A stretch of DNA of 63,472 nucleotides, the filler included, from Sphacelaria rigidula (lineage: Eukaryota): assembly GCA_964200075.2 (NCBI GenBank). It is 6 parts of 6 records of this genome, joined end to end, with 100 filler letters (N's around TTAATTAATTAA, not from the genome) between each part and the next. Parts side by side here need not be neighbours in the genome. Positions count along the whole stretch, not along the records: positions 31,789 to 42,283 come from CAXNAA020006392.1; positions 42,384 to 52,878 come from CAXNAA020006393.1; 4 more parts are not named here. One strand, 5' to 3'. Position 1 is the first letter of the stretch. Each line of letters starts with the position of its first letter. The translations under genes and the position numbers were made by a program. The notes under the pieces were generated by a model, which did not search any database, was not told the DNA's origin, and was given only the letters and a program-made list of their open reading frames with translations. Shown one piece after another: positions 38,209-50,690 of the stretch.

Positions 38209-40185
38209 AAAAAAGGGTACACCCTGATACTTTTGGAACAGTAACGCATACTTCGGTTGGAGGCGCAGCGCTGAACGCGGGTTGAACACCTCGAAAACAC
38301 GTCCCAGCGCCTCAGCCCCACGCACAAGGTGTTTGGGCAATATGCCCGATTATTTTTATTTTCACATGTGGTACTGGCTTAACTACGGCGCGGAAAAGGA
38401 CAGCCTGTGGGGGTACCCTTTTTTGTGAACAAACCAGGAAGCTACACCCTGCTCTCTGCTAAATAAATCATATTTTGGCCTTTTTCGTTTGTGTGGATCC
38501 TTTGATGCTCAAACGCATACCCTTCTTTACCCTTTTTTTGTGAAGTGGTGACCGTACCGCCGGCTCCGCAGAAGATCCGCCGAACAGTCACAACCATACT
38601 TATTTATTTTGTGAATTACACCCCGCCATAGAGGTCGACACCCAACGACCCAGAAATTGTAGCCCCCTGCTGGTTGGCCCGCAGACGCGGAAGATCCGAC
38701 GATGCATCCGGGATGCGAATGCTTATATGCCGGAGCTTACAAATATATGACGAACATGTGTTGTGCCGTTCGGGCGTGTGTGTCGGCAAGGTTTTTCACG
38801 CACGTTTGTTGGAAATTTGTGAGCTCCGGCACACCAGCGTTCGCATCCTGGATGCATCGTCGGATCTTCCGGGTCTGCGGGCCAACCAGCACAGGGCTAC
38901 AATTCCTGGGTTGTTGGGTGTCGGTCTTTTTGGCGGGGTGTCAGTATTTCACAAAAAAAAGGATATGGTTGTAACTGTTCGGCGTATCTTCTGCGGAATC
39001 GGGGGTACGGTCACCATTTCGCAACAAAGGGTACAGAAGGCTATGCACTTGAGCATTGAAGGGTCCACACTTGAACAAGAATAACCAAGAGATTATTTGT
39101 AGCAGAGAGCAGGGTGTACCCTCCTGGTTTGTTTACAAAAAAGGGTACTCTCACAGGCTGTCCTTTACCGTGCCGTAGTTGCGCCTATTCTATGGGTGGG
39201 TGTATCCTTTTTACATATTGCCCAAAAATAAACGTTATGCAAAGCTGACATCTACCACGTGTGAAGAATCTTGTCGGCACACTCACGCCCAAACCGCATC
39301 ATGTAGCATCATCATGTGGAACATCAGAGACCGTTGCGGGATCTGCAATTTGCCGTCCGATATTTGTGATCTCCGGCAGAGAAGCGTTCGCGCCTGGATG
39401 CATCGTCGGATCTTCAGGGTCTGCAGGCCAACCAGCTGATTGATTGATCGATGGATTGATTGATTGATTGATCGATTGATTGATCGAATGTCGCACTTTA
39501 ACTGACCCCCCAGGGGTCCAGCCGTGGCCGCATGATAGACGTACCCAAGAAAAACAAAACCGAAGAACTCGCTAAGAAAAAATAAGGAACAGAAACGAGT
39601 CGAACAGAACGACATAGTAGACTAAGACATGAAAGAATAAAAAGTCCACAAAGGCAAAGCACAGAAATAAATGGCCGATCTAAAACCAAAAAAAAAAAAC
39701 GAAGAAGAAATAAAATAAGGGGCCTACAACTTCTTGGTCGTTGGGTTTCGGCCTTTTGGCGGGGTGTCATTTCACAAGAAAATGGGATGGTTGTGACCGT
39801 TCGGCGTATCTTCTGCGAAGCTGGTGATACGGTAATCACTTCACAAAGAAGGGTAAAGCAGGGTATGCACTTGAACATTAAAGGGTACACACGCGAAAGA
39901 AAAGGGTAAGAGATGGGTTTTTTTAGCAGAGTAGGGTCTACCCTCCCGGTTTGTATTCAAGAAAGGGTGCTCTTACAGGCTCTTCTTTTCCGCGTCGAGG
40001 TCAAGCCTAATACCACGTGTGAAAATAAAAAAATGGTCGGACATGGTACCCAGACACCCCGTGCGTGATGCCAAGGCCCTGGAACGTGTTTCGAGGTGTT
40101 GCAGCCAGGGTTCAGCGCCGCGCCCCAAACCGAAAATGCGTGACACTTTCTTGTTCCAAAAACATGGGAGTACACCCTTTTTTTT
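38209..40185. mobile_element. Foldback element with ~510-bp arms and a duplicated right arm
   Basis: Left arm 38209-38721 is the reverse complement of both 38838-39180 and 39385-40185, e.g. ggaagatccgacgatgcatcc / ggatgcatcgtcggatcttc. Confidence 0.8.
39437..39720 (-). mobile_element. Non-LTR-type 3' end with an (AATC)n tail, nested in the foldback arm
   Basis: (TGAT)n followed by tgtcgcacttta.ctgaccc...atagacgtaccc. It splits the arm sequence ccaaccagc|..gggc.tacaa, which is intact at 38882. Relatives occur at about 41425-41590, 41890-42035 and 51006-51390. Confidence 0.7.
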
Positions 40186-40260
40186 CATATTGCCCTGCAT
40201 TGAATGTTGCTTACTCGCGAAACAATCGCTTTGGAACTGATGGGGCATATTTTCAGGGGG

Positions 40261-40355
40261 AAAAAAAAACGTGTGACCTCACCGAGGGTCGAACTCACGA
40301 TCCATCTCTCAGAATGTTTTCGAGGTTATCAACTCAACCACGGGGGTAACCGGCT
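40261..40355 (-). ncRNA. tRNA-like Pol III unit / SINE head
   Basis: The minus strand reads AGCCGGTTACCCCCGTGGTTGAGTTGATAA (A-box-like)...GTGAGTTCGACCCTC (B-box)...GTCACACG followed by a T9 terminator. No clean cloverleaf is visible. Confidence 0.55.
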
Positions 40356-40657
40356 ACGGTAGGGAGAAAAAAAGAGAGACAGACAGAGAGGCAGAGAGAC
40401 AGAGAGAAGAGAGGTGCGTAAAGGTATTTCTTGTGAAGTGCAAGGGGGCCCTTTACGCCGCCGACTAAGTTGTAGAATATGACATCACGAATGTTTGCTA
40501 CGGCAGTACGAGTCGAAAAGCAGCAGAATCACATGAGGCAGGGTTGGGCATCGGAAGAATCTAGCGGTGCCATATATATACACCACAAGCCACTGGCAGA
40601 AGTGCCTTCTCGGGGGAATGTATATATACATATAGTGTATATATATATATATATATA

Positions 40658-40829
40658 TCACACCCTGGACAATATGTGGTCAATAGATGCAATAGACAAA
40701 ATATGTACTGGATAAAGTATAGACCTATTGCACCTAATGACGGCCGACACTACTTGCAATAGGTCTATACTTTACTCAGTATACTTTTTGTCTATTGCAT
40801 CTATTGACCATATGCTGTCCAGGGTGTGA
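40658..40829. mobile_element. 172-bp near-perfect hairpin (MITE or miRNA-like foldback)
   Basis: Arms of ~75 bp (tcacaccctggac...agacctattgca / tgcaataggtct...gtccagggtgtga) around a ~22-nt loop, next to a (TA)n run. Confidence 0.85.
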
Positions 40830-43080
40830 CATACATGTATTGCCGACCGATAGGGTGATGACGATACTCCGAAGTTAATCTCAACACTCTACATGAGCCA
40901 GATAGGCGTCGACTTTTCGCCGTATATTATTACATATCAATTACTCGAAAGTAGATCGGTGGATCCGTGCAGCCAATATGCCGACATTCTCGCGACATAC
41001 CAGCTTCGTCTGTACATCGCGAGGACACATATATACATATATATACATGAGAGGTTGCGCCTTCAGGTGCCTGCCGAGGGCGAAACCCGAACGGTGAAGA
41101 CGCAAGATCCATCGCTCTTAGGTCATCATCCATTGGGAACAACTCCCATGTTATGTATAGCCGGTAACGGCAACCTGGTGATGGCGGTGCCGATTACCGA
41201 CACAGCGCGATTCATAGGCCTGTCGTATCTGTTTTGTCTTTGCTCTTCTGTTTACCGAGACGGGTGCTAGATATTAATCTGCCGTTTTTCGCGCGGGGTT
41301 CTGTAGTTTACTCCCTCATGTTCTCTATTCCTTCCCCATATTTTTTCTCCACCTTTGAGCGAGCTTTTTGGGATATTTGCTCTAACCTCGGACACGTCTA
41401 TATGTGGAAAATGATCACGGCTGTTGGATTGATTAATCGAATGATGATTGTGGTGCTTTCACTGATTCCCGAGGGATGAAGTCGTGTAGTCATTATCCAC
41501 AAAATAGACGTACCGAGACAAAACAAAACGAAAACAGTCGCTGAAGAGAAGTGAAGACGAACAAAACAGGGAAACATACAAACAGATGGGCACGTATATC
41601 TGTAGGAAATGACCACAGGTGTTTGTTTGATTGATTACGAGGATCGGACGAATGAATGATTCGTCTGGAAATCACTTGATTTTAGGGTGATTGATGATTC
41701 GTACCGTACGAATCGCTTGTGCTTTGTGTACAGCGTTGCACTCGAGGTACGCGCACCCCAGGCACGTGGAATGGCGCAAAAATTGCGTGAAGACATTTTT
41801 GACCAGCGGTCGATTTTTTCCCTCTTTCGAGCAATCAGGCCTGAAAAATCATGGATTTGATTCGAACCGGCGATGATTTGTCCGAACCGTGATTGATTAG
41901 ATTGGCGATTGTCGCTCTTGAACTGATCACCCAGGAGTCATGATCCGGTTGTGGTCATCATCCACATGATAGACGTACCCTCGACACTAAACAAAACGGA
42001 AACACTCGCTGAAGAGCAGTGAAGAAAAACATACAGGTATTATGTGCGTGTGTGCTGTCGTCCCATCTATTCTGGACGCCGGTCTACACCTTTCGGCATA
42101 CGTGGGCGCACTAGCCGGGGTCACACAGGAGGAAGGTCAACACAGGTTTTTTTTTCTTTCTTGTCTGTTTTTAGTACTCCACCTTCCTTCTGCAATGCTT
42201 GCCTTTATTTTTTTATCGCGAGAGGGGTGCAGCAGTCCCTTTCCCTCGTCGACCGTTAAGTCGAATTTTGTGTACCCACGACANNNNNNNNNNNNNNNNN
42301 NNNNNNNNNNNNNNNNNNNNNNNNNNNTTAATTAATTAANNNNNNNNNNNNNNNNNNNNNNNNNNNNNNNNNNNNNNNNNNNNCCAGCAGCTCCTGATTT
42401 GATTTTTTTCCCCTCAAACGAGACAACTGTTTATCAGCCTTTGGGGCGTCACTTGCTCAGCAAGACGTTGTCGAAATAATGCGCACGAGCCGTGCGTGGT
42501 TCGTTCGTGTGTTTAATGAATAAACTTGGATGGTGTGCAGTGGTTTGAGCAGTGTTGAATGTTGTTTTCGATTCATTTATCAATAATAGTTCTTTAATAA
42601 TTCAAGATGACTCAAGCAAGCAAGTAAATACGATTACGCCAAATAAATAGCGCAGATCCTCCGGCTACACCCCCTCAGCCACACTAGTGCGGCCGTTGCA
42701 GTGGTTGCTGCGGTCACAGAAGGGTGAAGGGTTTGTGGTTCGTCGCAACTGCCCCCCTCCCCCGCCTCGATCTTTTGCTCCAACTAATTAGTCTCGCCGC
42801 GTTTTTGCGAAAAATCCTTGGCTCTACTTGTTCTGGTGTTAGGGTGCCGATCTCTAGTCATCTGACTCACTTGGGTTTGCTAGGATTCATGATGAGGTTG
42901 CATCAAGCAATGGATCAAGCGGTTAATGTTCGCTTACACAAGCCCAACACCAAACCAAGACTTGCCGAGACCGCGACTGTTTTGTTTTTTGCTGCTTGTG
43001 CTTGGGCATGCTCTGCAAGTGAAGTGACTCTTCTCCCCCGTTCAACCCAGTCTAAAACCAAGAAACTTGTGGTTGAGCTT

Positions 43081-43345
43081 GGTTGCATCAAGTATATAGG
43101 ATTAACTATAGAACCGGAACCTGCCAGCCCGCTTGGTTGCATTAAGTATACAGGCTTTAGTATAGAACCGGAACCTGCCAGCCCGCTTGGTTGCATCAAG
43201 TATATAGGATTTAGTATAAAACCGGAACCTGCCAGCCCGCGTGGTTGCATTGAGTATATAGGATTTAGTATAGAACCGGAATCTGCCAGCCCGCGTGGTT
43301 GCATTGAGTATATAGGATTTAGTGTAGAGCCGGAATCTGCCAGCC
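43081..43345 (+). repeat. 54-bp minisatellite, ~5 units
   Basis: GGTTGCATYRAGTATATAGGATTTAGTATAGAACCGGAAYCTGCCAGCCCGCKT repeated head to tail with no spacers. Confidence 0.95.
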
Positions 43346-46300
43346 TGGACACGGTCCCAACAGTGCTACCCCCCCCCCAATCGGCCCCAAATGGAAAAAA
43401 AGTTAGTGTGGGTCCAGGGATATTTTTTTCATCCGCCCTTGGCCACTTGAACCTCATTTCAGAGATCAACCCCATTTTCTAGGATCCACTGTTTTATGCA
43501 GTTGAATCAAGATCACCTCGGCACGTTGTAATTGCGCCAAGCTACTTCAAAATTCAACGAGATAGGACTCTTCTACACTACACTCGTACGAAATCATGAA
43601 GCGAAGAAAAAATAAATGAACCATCTCCCACACCCCTACGGGCGAGCATCGCTGCGATCCGTCACATCAAACGTTCAATTCACAAGAAGAGAAAGTCGTA
43701 CTCATGTGACGCTCATTACCTATGTTGAACAAGACAACACACACGCAAGCCCATCTACAAAGTAAAGCACTAAATGGTACGCACGCGTAGCCTGAATCTA
43801 CCAAAGGAACAAGGAGGAAATGCCAGCCAATCCGGGAACAAGGGAGGGAAAACACGGTTGCGGCGTAGCATTGCGGCGACTGCTCTGGTCAGACGCAGAT
43901 CCAAGTGAGCTTCACGTCTTTGTCCGACTCCGTCCCTACACATCCGTCGCGTATAGCGAGAGTGGCACTCCGCTCGTTTCCGTGGCAGGGCGTTTGAAGT
44001 ATCAAAACTGCCTTGAAAAAGGCGTGCGACGTAAAGTACAATGCGATGAGGGGGAACTACGCAGCAACAGGGAAATAGAAGCGGGGGTGCAGCCCAAGTT
44101 CAGGTTTGGTGTGCCCGAAGTGCAAAATTCAAAACCTCCGCGGGAGTGGGCACAAGCCCACCCAAGACAACACTCAGGGTAAGAAGCCAAGGGTCGTTGG
44201 TGATAAATTTTCGTTCCGCGCGGCGGATCATCTATCGCGTGTTATGAGCAAAACAAAAGTGTTGAAAAAAAAGAGAGCCTTAGTCAGAACGTAAAACCAA
44301 ACTCAAAGCAATCGTCCGGCGGAAGTACGGCCTACAACAAGGGCGCAAAATTGCTAATTCCCGTGGAAACACTAGACCACGAGCAGTGGAACAATACAAG
44401 AGACCACACCCGTGTCACTAGCTAACCAGGCTGCTCCACGGGGTAGGGGTAAAACAAACAAACGAACACATCCGGGTGTCGAAACGCAGTAACTCACCTC
44501 GACCTAAAACAGCCCTCGGGCATGAATACGGCCTGCAACATGGGCGGTATAGTTAGCAGTACAAGGTGTAACCAAGGACCCGTGCAACAAGACGATGTAG
44601 GGGAGTACTCCCGTGCAGCGAGCTCTCTTGGCTGGCGGCGGTGAGTTGAGCAGTGACAACAAAAAGTACATCCGGAGAACGAGTCATCAAAATTCCAAAC
44701 ATGTGGGAGGCTGGGCTAAATCTACAGTCCTCTTATCGCGTAAAAATACCCTCGAAGACAGAACAAAAACACCAGATGCTCAGGAGACACGGACAGAAAT
44801 GCGACAGCGGCAAGAAATGTGACTACGGGTACTAGAAACGCAGTCATCAAGAAGGCGAACTCAACACAAAGGGACACGGTACTGAAACCAGTGAGGGGCT
44901 ACAATGCAGCAAAGGGGACGGAGGGGGGGGGCTACGATCTGATATCTGACCAGATCGGACTGGGGGATTCTGGAATCCGCCAAGGTGAGCTCATCGCTGA
45001 CTGCATCACCGAGGGATGTGGCTGGTATGTCGTAGCAGCCCAAGTTTAGGCCTACGATACAACCGGTGTTGGGGGGGCTACGATCCTATACCTGACCAGA
45101 TCAGGCCCAAGGGAGTGCTGGGAAGCAGCAAGGGCAGCGGCATATGGAAGGAGCACGTGGGCTGTGTCCAAAGCCGTCTCCTCTACGAGGGAAAACGTTC
45201 GAGTATACTTTGCATTGATGAGGGGGGACACGGTGCGCTAGGAGTACCTGCGCGGTTACGGGGCCATCCCTCTCTCCTTCACAAGGGGCGGGGGCTATCT
45301 GATACTACAGGGAAAAGCTCAATTGGGCCGGACTGAAGTGATATTGTCAAACATCGTGGGGTAGTTGCGCAAAATTTGTGGGCTTCCATCCGAGGGCAAA
45401 ATTTGTCGCTAAAACCATAGTACTCCCGACGGAAGTCATCAGTAAATACAAGAAAAGGTCAATCAGGTCTGATTAAAGTGATGTGGGCAAACATCGGTTC
45501 ACAACCGGTGGACTTACATCCAAAGGCAAATTTTGTCGCTAAAACCACAATGTGTTCATTATCAGGCGAGTCCTGAAATGAGGTTCGATTTGTTGTACCG
45601 TTGACGGAAAACAAAAAACAAATATATCATGACAAGGAAATCGGTGAGGCGGCGTTGTCCCAGAATGGCGGAAATCAACTACTGTAGACTCGAACCAATA
45701 ATTGTGCCAACGTCAACAACGCGATGTCCGGTATTATATGCGTGTGCTGTCACAGGGGGGAATATATTGTTTCCACGACTGACGGTTCAACTTCCCACAC
45801 CTTAGAATCATGCTGCGCGGTGGGGTACCGCAACACACAGAAGAGCGCCCTGTGGGGGAAGGGTGGGGGTTGCGCATCTACTAATATGTTGGGTGCACGT
45901 CCAGGTACAGGGGGGCGTTTTATTTCGGCGAATGGGAAATCAACCGAATGCTGCTACAGCATGAGCCGTCAAAACCAACTATTGACTACCGTACTGGTGT
46001 AATTGTGATCGGTGGATACACAGTTTGCACGTGGCACAGTAGCGCGTGTGATACCCTGTTCGAAGGCAGGGTCGGCACACTTTAGTAAGACAGGGTAATG
46101 GTTGGCTGCATGCACAAGGCAGAATTAGAACGCAGTTCCGGCCAGACCTATGCATAGTCAGTAATCCAACGAAGTGCGTCACCATGGCACTTACGTGGAT
46201 GTAAACAAGCGGGGACAGAACCGAAGGGCAGCTACAGCAAATCGCTTAGCACCTGTGGCCTGTGTACGATGAGAGGTGGCATCTCCGACGGTCAAAGGGT

Positions 46301-49055
46301 CCACCGTCCAGCGAGGAAATGCATCAAACGTCAAAACACCATGGAGAACACAGCCCGGAAAGCGTATGCACTCCACACCCCAGCAGAAACGGAAGGCACC
46401 CTAATGCTCAGCGAAAATACAAGCGGAGACGCTGATACGTATAATCAGCGAAAAATTGTACTCTAAATTGAAGTAAAGAAGAAATGCTGGCTCGTCAGAG
46501 GTACATGAAACGAACTGGCCCCGGAAGGTATGCACTCTAGAATCAAGTGAAGAATACAGCAAAAGTACACCTGTCTGCAGTGATGGCATTTCACCGAAAT
46601 ATTAACTCCTTTTTGATTAATTGTGTGTTCGGGGATTTTTGGCGCTTCGCGCCACCGCTCAATGGAGCGTCACCTGAGGCAAAGGATAACGTGGAGTGTT
46701 CGGCGCTGAATCTACGAGTTGAAGATAATTTGATATTATAGTCAAAAATATGTTATTCTAAAAAGAAGATGTGTCTAGGTTGGCGATCGCACAGCGGGCG
46801 TAGAACTGCCGGTGCAAGTGAAATAAGACAATCTGCCAGCGAAAAAAATGAACCCCATCCAAGTACAAAATTTACATGCCAGCAGGACTACGCGACCGCG
46901 GAGTAACCTGTGTATTGAAGTGCGCTACAAGCAGTGTACCAACGGATGGGCAGATACGTATCATTAATACGCGGAGCGGGGGCAACGTACAGCAGAGTCT
47001 ACTGTTGTACAGTGCAACGTAACTCAGGGTAACCTGACCTGTCGAATAACACGGGGGCGCCTCACTGAATACAAGTCAAAACGCAGAAAAAAACAACAAC
47101 TTGCTGACTACAGCTTGAGCAGAAAAACACAACGCCAAGCAACACGAAGACGTACCAACCAAGCAGAACAAATCCGTTCATCGACGTCGATTGTCATAAT
47201 GATGGAGTAGCTTATGTGTTGGCTGGGGTCTCGTAGTATGAATGCCAGGGGGTACCATGGTCCCAGCCCACTAAGCTCCTAACGTGGGCAACATCATACA
47301 GACCAATAGCTTATCCATCATGAACACAATACAGTAAGTTTTCATGTATACTGCTGGTTTGAGACTCACATGTTTGATAGCATCATATAATATCTACAAG
47401 CAGCTCTGTAACTCAGTACAGCCGGGGCGCAGTCATAGGAGCAGAGCGTAGTGATGGTGCCAGAGTAGCAGAACGAGGTCAGTGACCAAGGCAGAGCCAG
47501 CAACTGATCAAAGATGGGCCGGGTGGCATCTGGCCACCGGAACTCAAGAATGACAACAACAAACGCGGTAACAACGCGTCACGGATTCCAGGGTCTACGA
47601 GCAGACCCGCACATTGTGATATCTTACAACACTATTGAGCTTCATCACATTATATATATACAAGGTTCTCCTTCAGGAGGTTGGTACTGGCCTCCCGGGG
47701 ATGACGCAAGTCGAAAATATATCAGTGTTATTCATTTTCCATATTATGGAGGCCTTTGTGTGGGAGAATATGTACCTTCCAGTAGATACTGTCATATTCC
47801 GCAGTTTCAATTGTCTCAGACCAAGAGTGGAGACCATCACGGGAAGAGGGGTGAGCACTTCCAGCATGAAAATCCCGCTCCGTGGGAGGTGTGCAGAGGT
47901 GGAGAAAGCACCATCACGCACGAGACCCGTCACAACACACATCGCAAGTGATTTCTGCTGAAAAAATGTCGCGTCTCGGTAGTACACGGCGAACTTGTGC
48001 AGGGTTCTCTACATGCCGGCCCCACCCCGCGTGCACAGATTTCAAATCACACTTGATAGAGAGATGTACGTAAACAATTAATGGTACTCGATTTCACTTG
48101 ATTTCAGAGTGAAGAAAGTTCTGAGAAAAATCATGATTTGGGACAGGTGAGCAGTGGTGAGCAGTAGACCCAGCTTGTCCAGAACGTGTCTTGGTCCAAA
48201 ATTGGCTCAAAGGCGTCGATCTGAACTCTCGCAACGCGCGCTTTTCTTCAGAAACACTCTGCACCCCCCCTGCCTGAGGGTTCTCGGTATGCCTTGGTCA
48301 GTGTTAGCGTCAGTGTTAGCGTCAGAGTTGGCGGCATCTCCGTAGTACCAACGATAGTTCACGTACACTTCTTCAGGCCCCCTCTGTGAAGTACCTGCGT
48401 ACGGATGCATCCCTGTCACAAGGACATCTCTGTAACCCTTGTCACAAGGACATCCCTGCGCCGGTATTTCACAGGTTCATCCTGTGAAGGAGCTTTCTCT
48501 CACGGGTTGTTTGATCACAGGGATTTCGGTACCCTCCGCGCTGGTCCTCCACAACAGGTGACCCACAGTGGGGACGTTTGCCCACGTGTGTGCCTTGTTC
48601 AACTCGCCAACGGCTCATCGCACGGTCTTGTGTTTGCTGTTGACGAAGGCCAAGGCAATGTACAATTGTCTTCAACTATTTTGCTATCATGTTCTCGTGA
48701 CATCCGCTGCATACCCGCCGTCTTCGTGCTTCCAAATCAACACAGAGTCGCGGTGAACAAATACCTCGCCATGAACAGGCTTTTGTGGTTCAGGTTCCTG
48801 TTTGAAGTTTTCCATCATCTTGAAGAGGCTTTTGTGGTTCGGGATTGACACCCCGCGAAAAAGAGCCAGTTTCACCGACTTTCGGTGGCCAGAACACGCG
48901 CCACAGGTATCAGATGACACCCAAACCTGAACGGTAGTATACCGCTGCGCCTTCTTCGTGCGCTGCAAAAGGAAGCGCGGGATAAAATGACTTACTGCCA
49001 GAAAAAACTCGGCAAAAGTGGTGAAAAATGTGAAATGATACATGTACATATATAT

Positions 49056-49308
49056 GACACTTTCTGAGATAGCCCCCCCCCCCCCCAAACCAGCCCAAAG
49101 GTATCACGAAAAAATGGCCATACAGCGCCTGATGTTTGGGTTCAGGCTACATGAAGCGCCTCATATTGGCGACATTGGCGAGAACGAAGTCAAGTGTGGA
49201 AATTTCCAGCTGCTAGTTGTGCTCGGCTTTTTCCATTTCGATTCACGTGAAGATTTCCCCCCACCAAACCATGCACCTTTTTGCGGGGGGGCTATCGTAG
49301 AAAGTGTC
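49056..49308. mobile_element. 253-bp MITE with GACACTTTCTACGATAG-poly(C) TIRs, copy 1
   Basis: gacactttctgagatagccccc ... gggggctatcgtagaaagtgtc, flanked by ATAT on both sides. Confidence 0.9.
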
Positions 49309-49414
49309 ATATGTATATCTTGCACATTAGTATGCACAAGAACGCTCTGGCATTGTGCACTCATGTCGGAACGTTATCATTCACCCGGGCATGCGTCACC
49401 GGACGGTATCGCAG

Positions 49415-49570
49415 GTTGTAAATATAGCTACACCAGGGTATGGTGTCCGAGATTTTCTGGAACAGCAACTTGTGGAACGACTGCCCAAAGATTTGGATTT
49501 GGATATCCTGGTGGTGGACTTTGGCGTGAACGACGCGGTTATCGAGCGCTTCGACTTCAACGTCAACGAA
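49415..49570 (+). CDS. Internal exon of an SGNH/GDSL-type hydrolase
   Basis: cag| and |gtaagg boundaries, 156 nt, phase 0-0. VVNIATPG...DILVVDFGVND matches SGNH blocks II and III (GxND). Other exons were not identified. Confidence 0.7.
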
Positions 49571-50088
49571 GTAAGGTGGGAGCCAATCTGGTGGCCGCGA
49601 TGAGGTCGGGAGTCCTCGGTGGGCGTTGTTTTTTGCGTGAGCTGGGTTGGGTAGAATCCGTATCAACGTCGAGTGATCCCACAATGCGGGAGGGAAATAT
49701 TTGGTAGCACAGGAAAAGGGATATGTGGGTGTGATGAACAAGCTTGCACCGTGCGTGTTTCATGATCGTGGGCGTAGTAAGTTTTTCCTTGCATTTTGTC
49801 CGTTTCTATCGCGGCGTTGTGGCCACGAGCGGCAGATTTCCGGGAAAGGACTAGTTCGAGAAACAACAACAACAGCAACAGGAGCCACAAAGTGCTTGAA
49901 TAGCGTTGAAGAACTTACCAAGCATTGCAATCGAGAGTGTGTCAAGCTGATACTAGGGATATCGAAAATATAAACGCTTGCAGGGACGCTTTCAAGCGAG
50001 GGCTGTGTACAAGAAGTGCCTTGAACCTTCTCCCATACTGTACAGTCAATTCGTTGCAAACTTTCGTCTTGCCCTTACGTACCTTCTT

Positions 50089-50346
50089 GACACTTTCTAC
50101 GATAGCCCCCCCCCCACAAAAGTGCATGGTTTTGGGAGGCAAAAATCTTCACGTAAATCTAAATGGGAAAAGCCGAGCACAGCNNNNNNNNNNTGGGAAT
50201 TCCCACGCTTGGGTTCGTTCTAGCCAATGTCGCCAATATGGGGCGCTTCATGCAGCCTGAACTTGAACACCAGGCGCTGTATGACCATTTCTTTCGTGAC
50301 ACTTTTAGCTGGGTATTTTTGGGCGAGGGCTATCGTAGAAAGTGTC
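50089..50346. mobile_element. Same MITE family, copy 2, in opposite orientation
   Basis: Same TIRs, with the internal sequence reverse-complementary to copy 1 (ccaatgtcgccaatatg versus catattggcgacattgg). Flanked by TT on both sides. Confidence 0.9.
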
Positions 50347-50574
50347 TTCGATGAGTGCCAACTGCCTGTTTTGAATATGCAATTTTCAGGGGCTGACTGG
50401 GAAACAGTAATCGTAACTGTTACTCAGCTTACACAGCGATTGAGGTTACACAGCGAGACAATCAAATATTACGCTACGACGATAGCACAACCTAGAGCTT
50501 CAAAAGAAGAGACAGAGTATTCTGATGGAAACACAGTTGAAATGTCGAGTGACTTGCGCGAGAACACGGCATCC

Positions 50575-50690
50575 TGGAAAATGGGGGTTAAACCTTGAAA
50601 TGGGGCTTAACATTGAAATGGGATTCATCATTAGAATGGGGCTCGACATTGAAATGAGCTTCAAACCCCCTTTTTGAAATTCACATTACT
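50575..50690. repeat. ~18-bp tandem TTGAAATGGGG units, with an inverted partner at 52590-52650
   Basis: attgaaatg...ttcaaaccccctt..gaaattcacat versus atgtgaatttt..aagggggtttgaaccccatttcaat. Confidence 0.65.

Noticed and set aside
42724-43482. 252-aa and 186-aa ORFs on opposite strands
   Set aside because: Their length comes from a stop-free 54-bp minisatellite, with no independent coding evidence.
44050-47500. Scattered minus-strand splice-like signals and an LTR-like stretch
   Set aside because: Could not be assembled into a consistent frame or bounded element.
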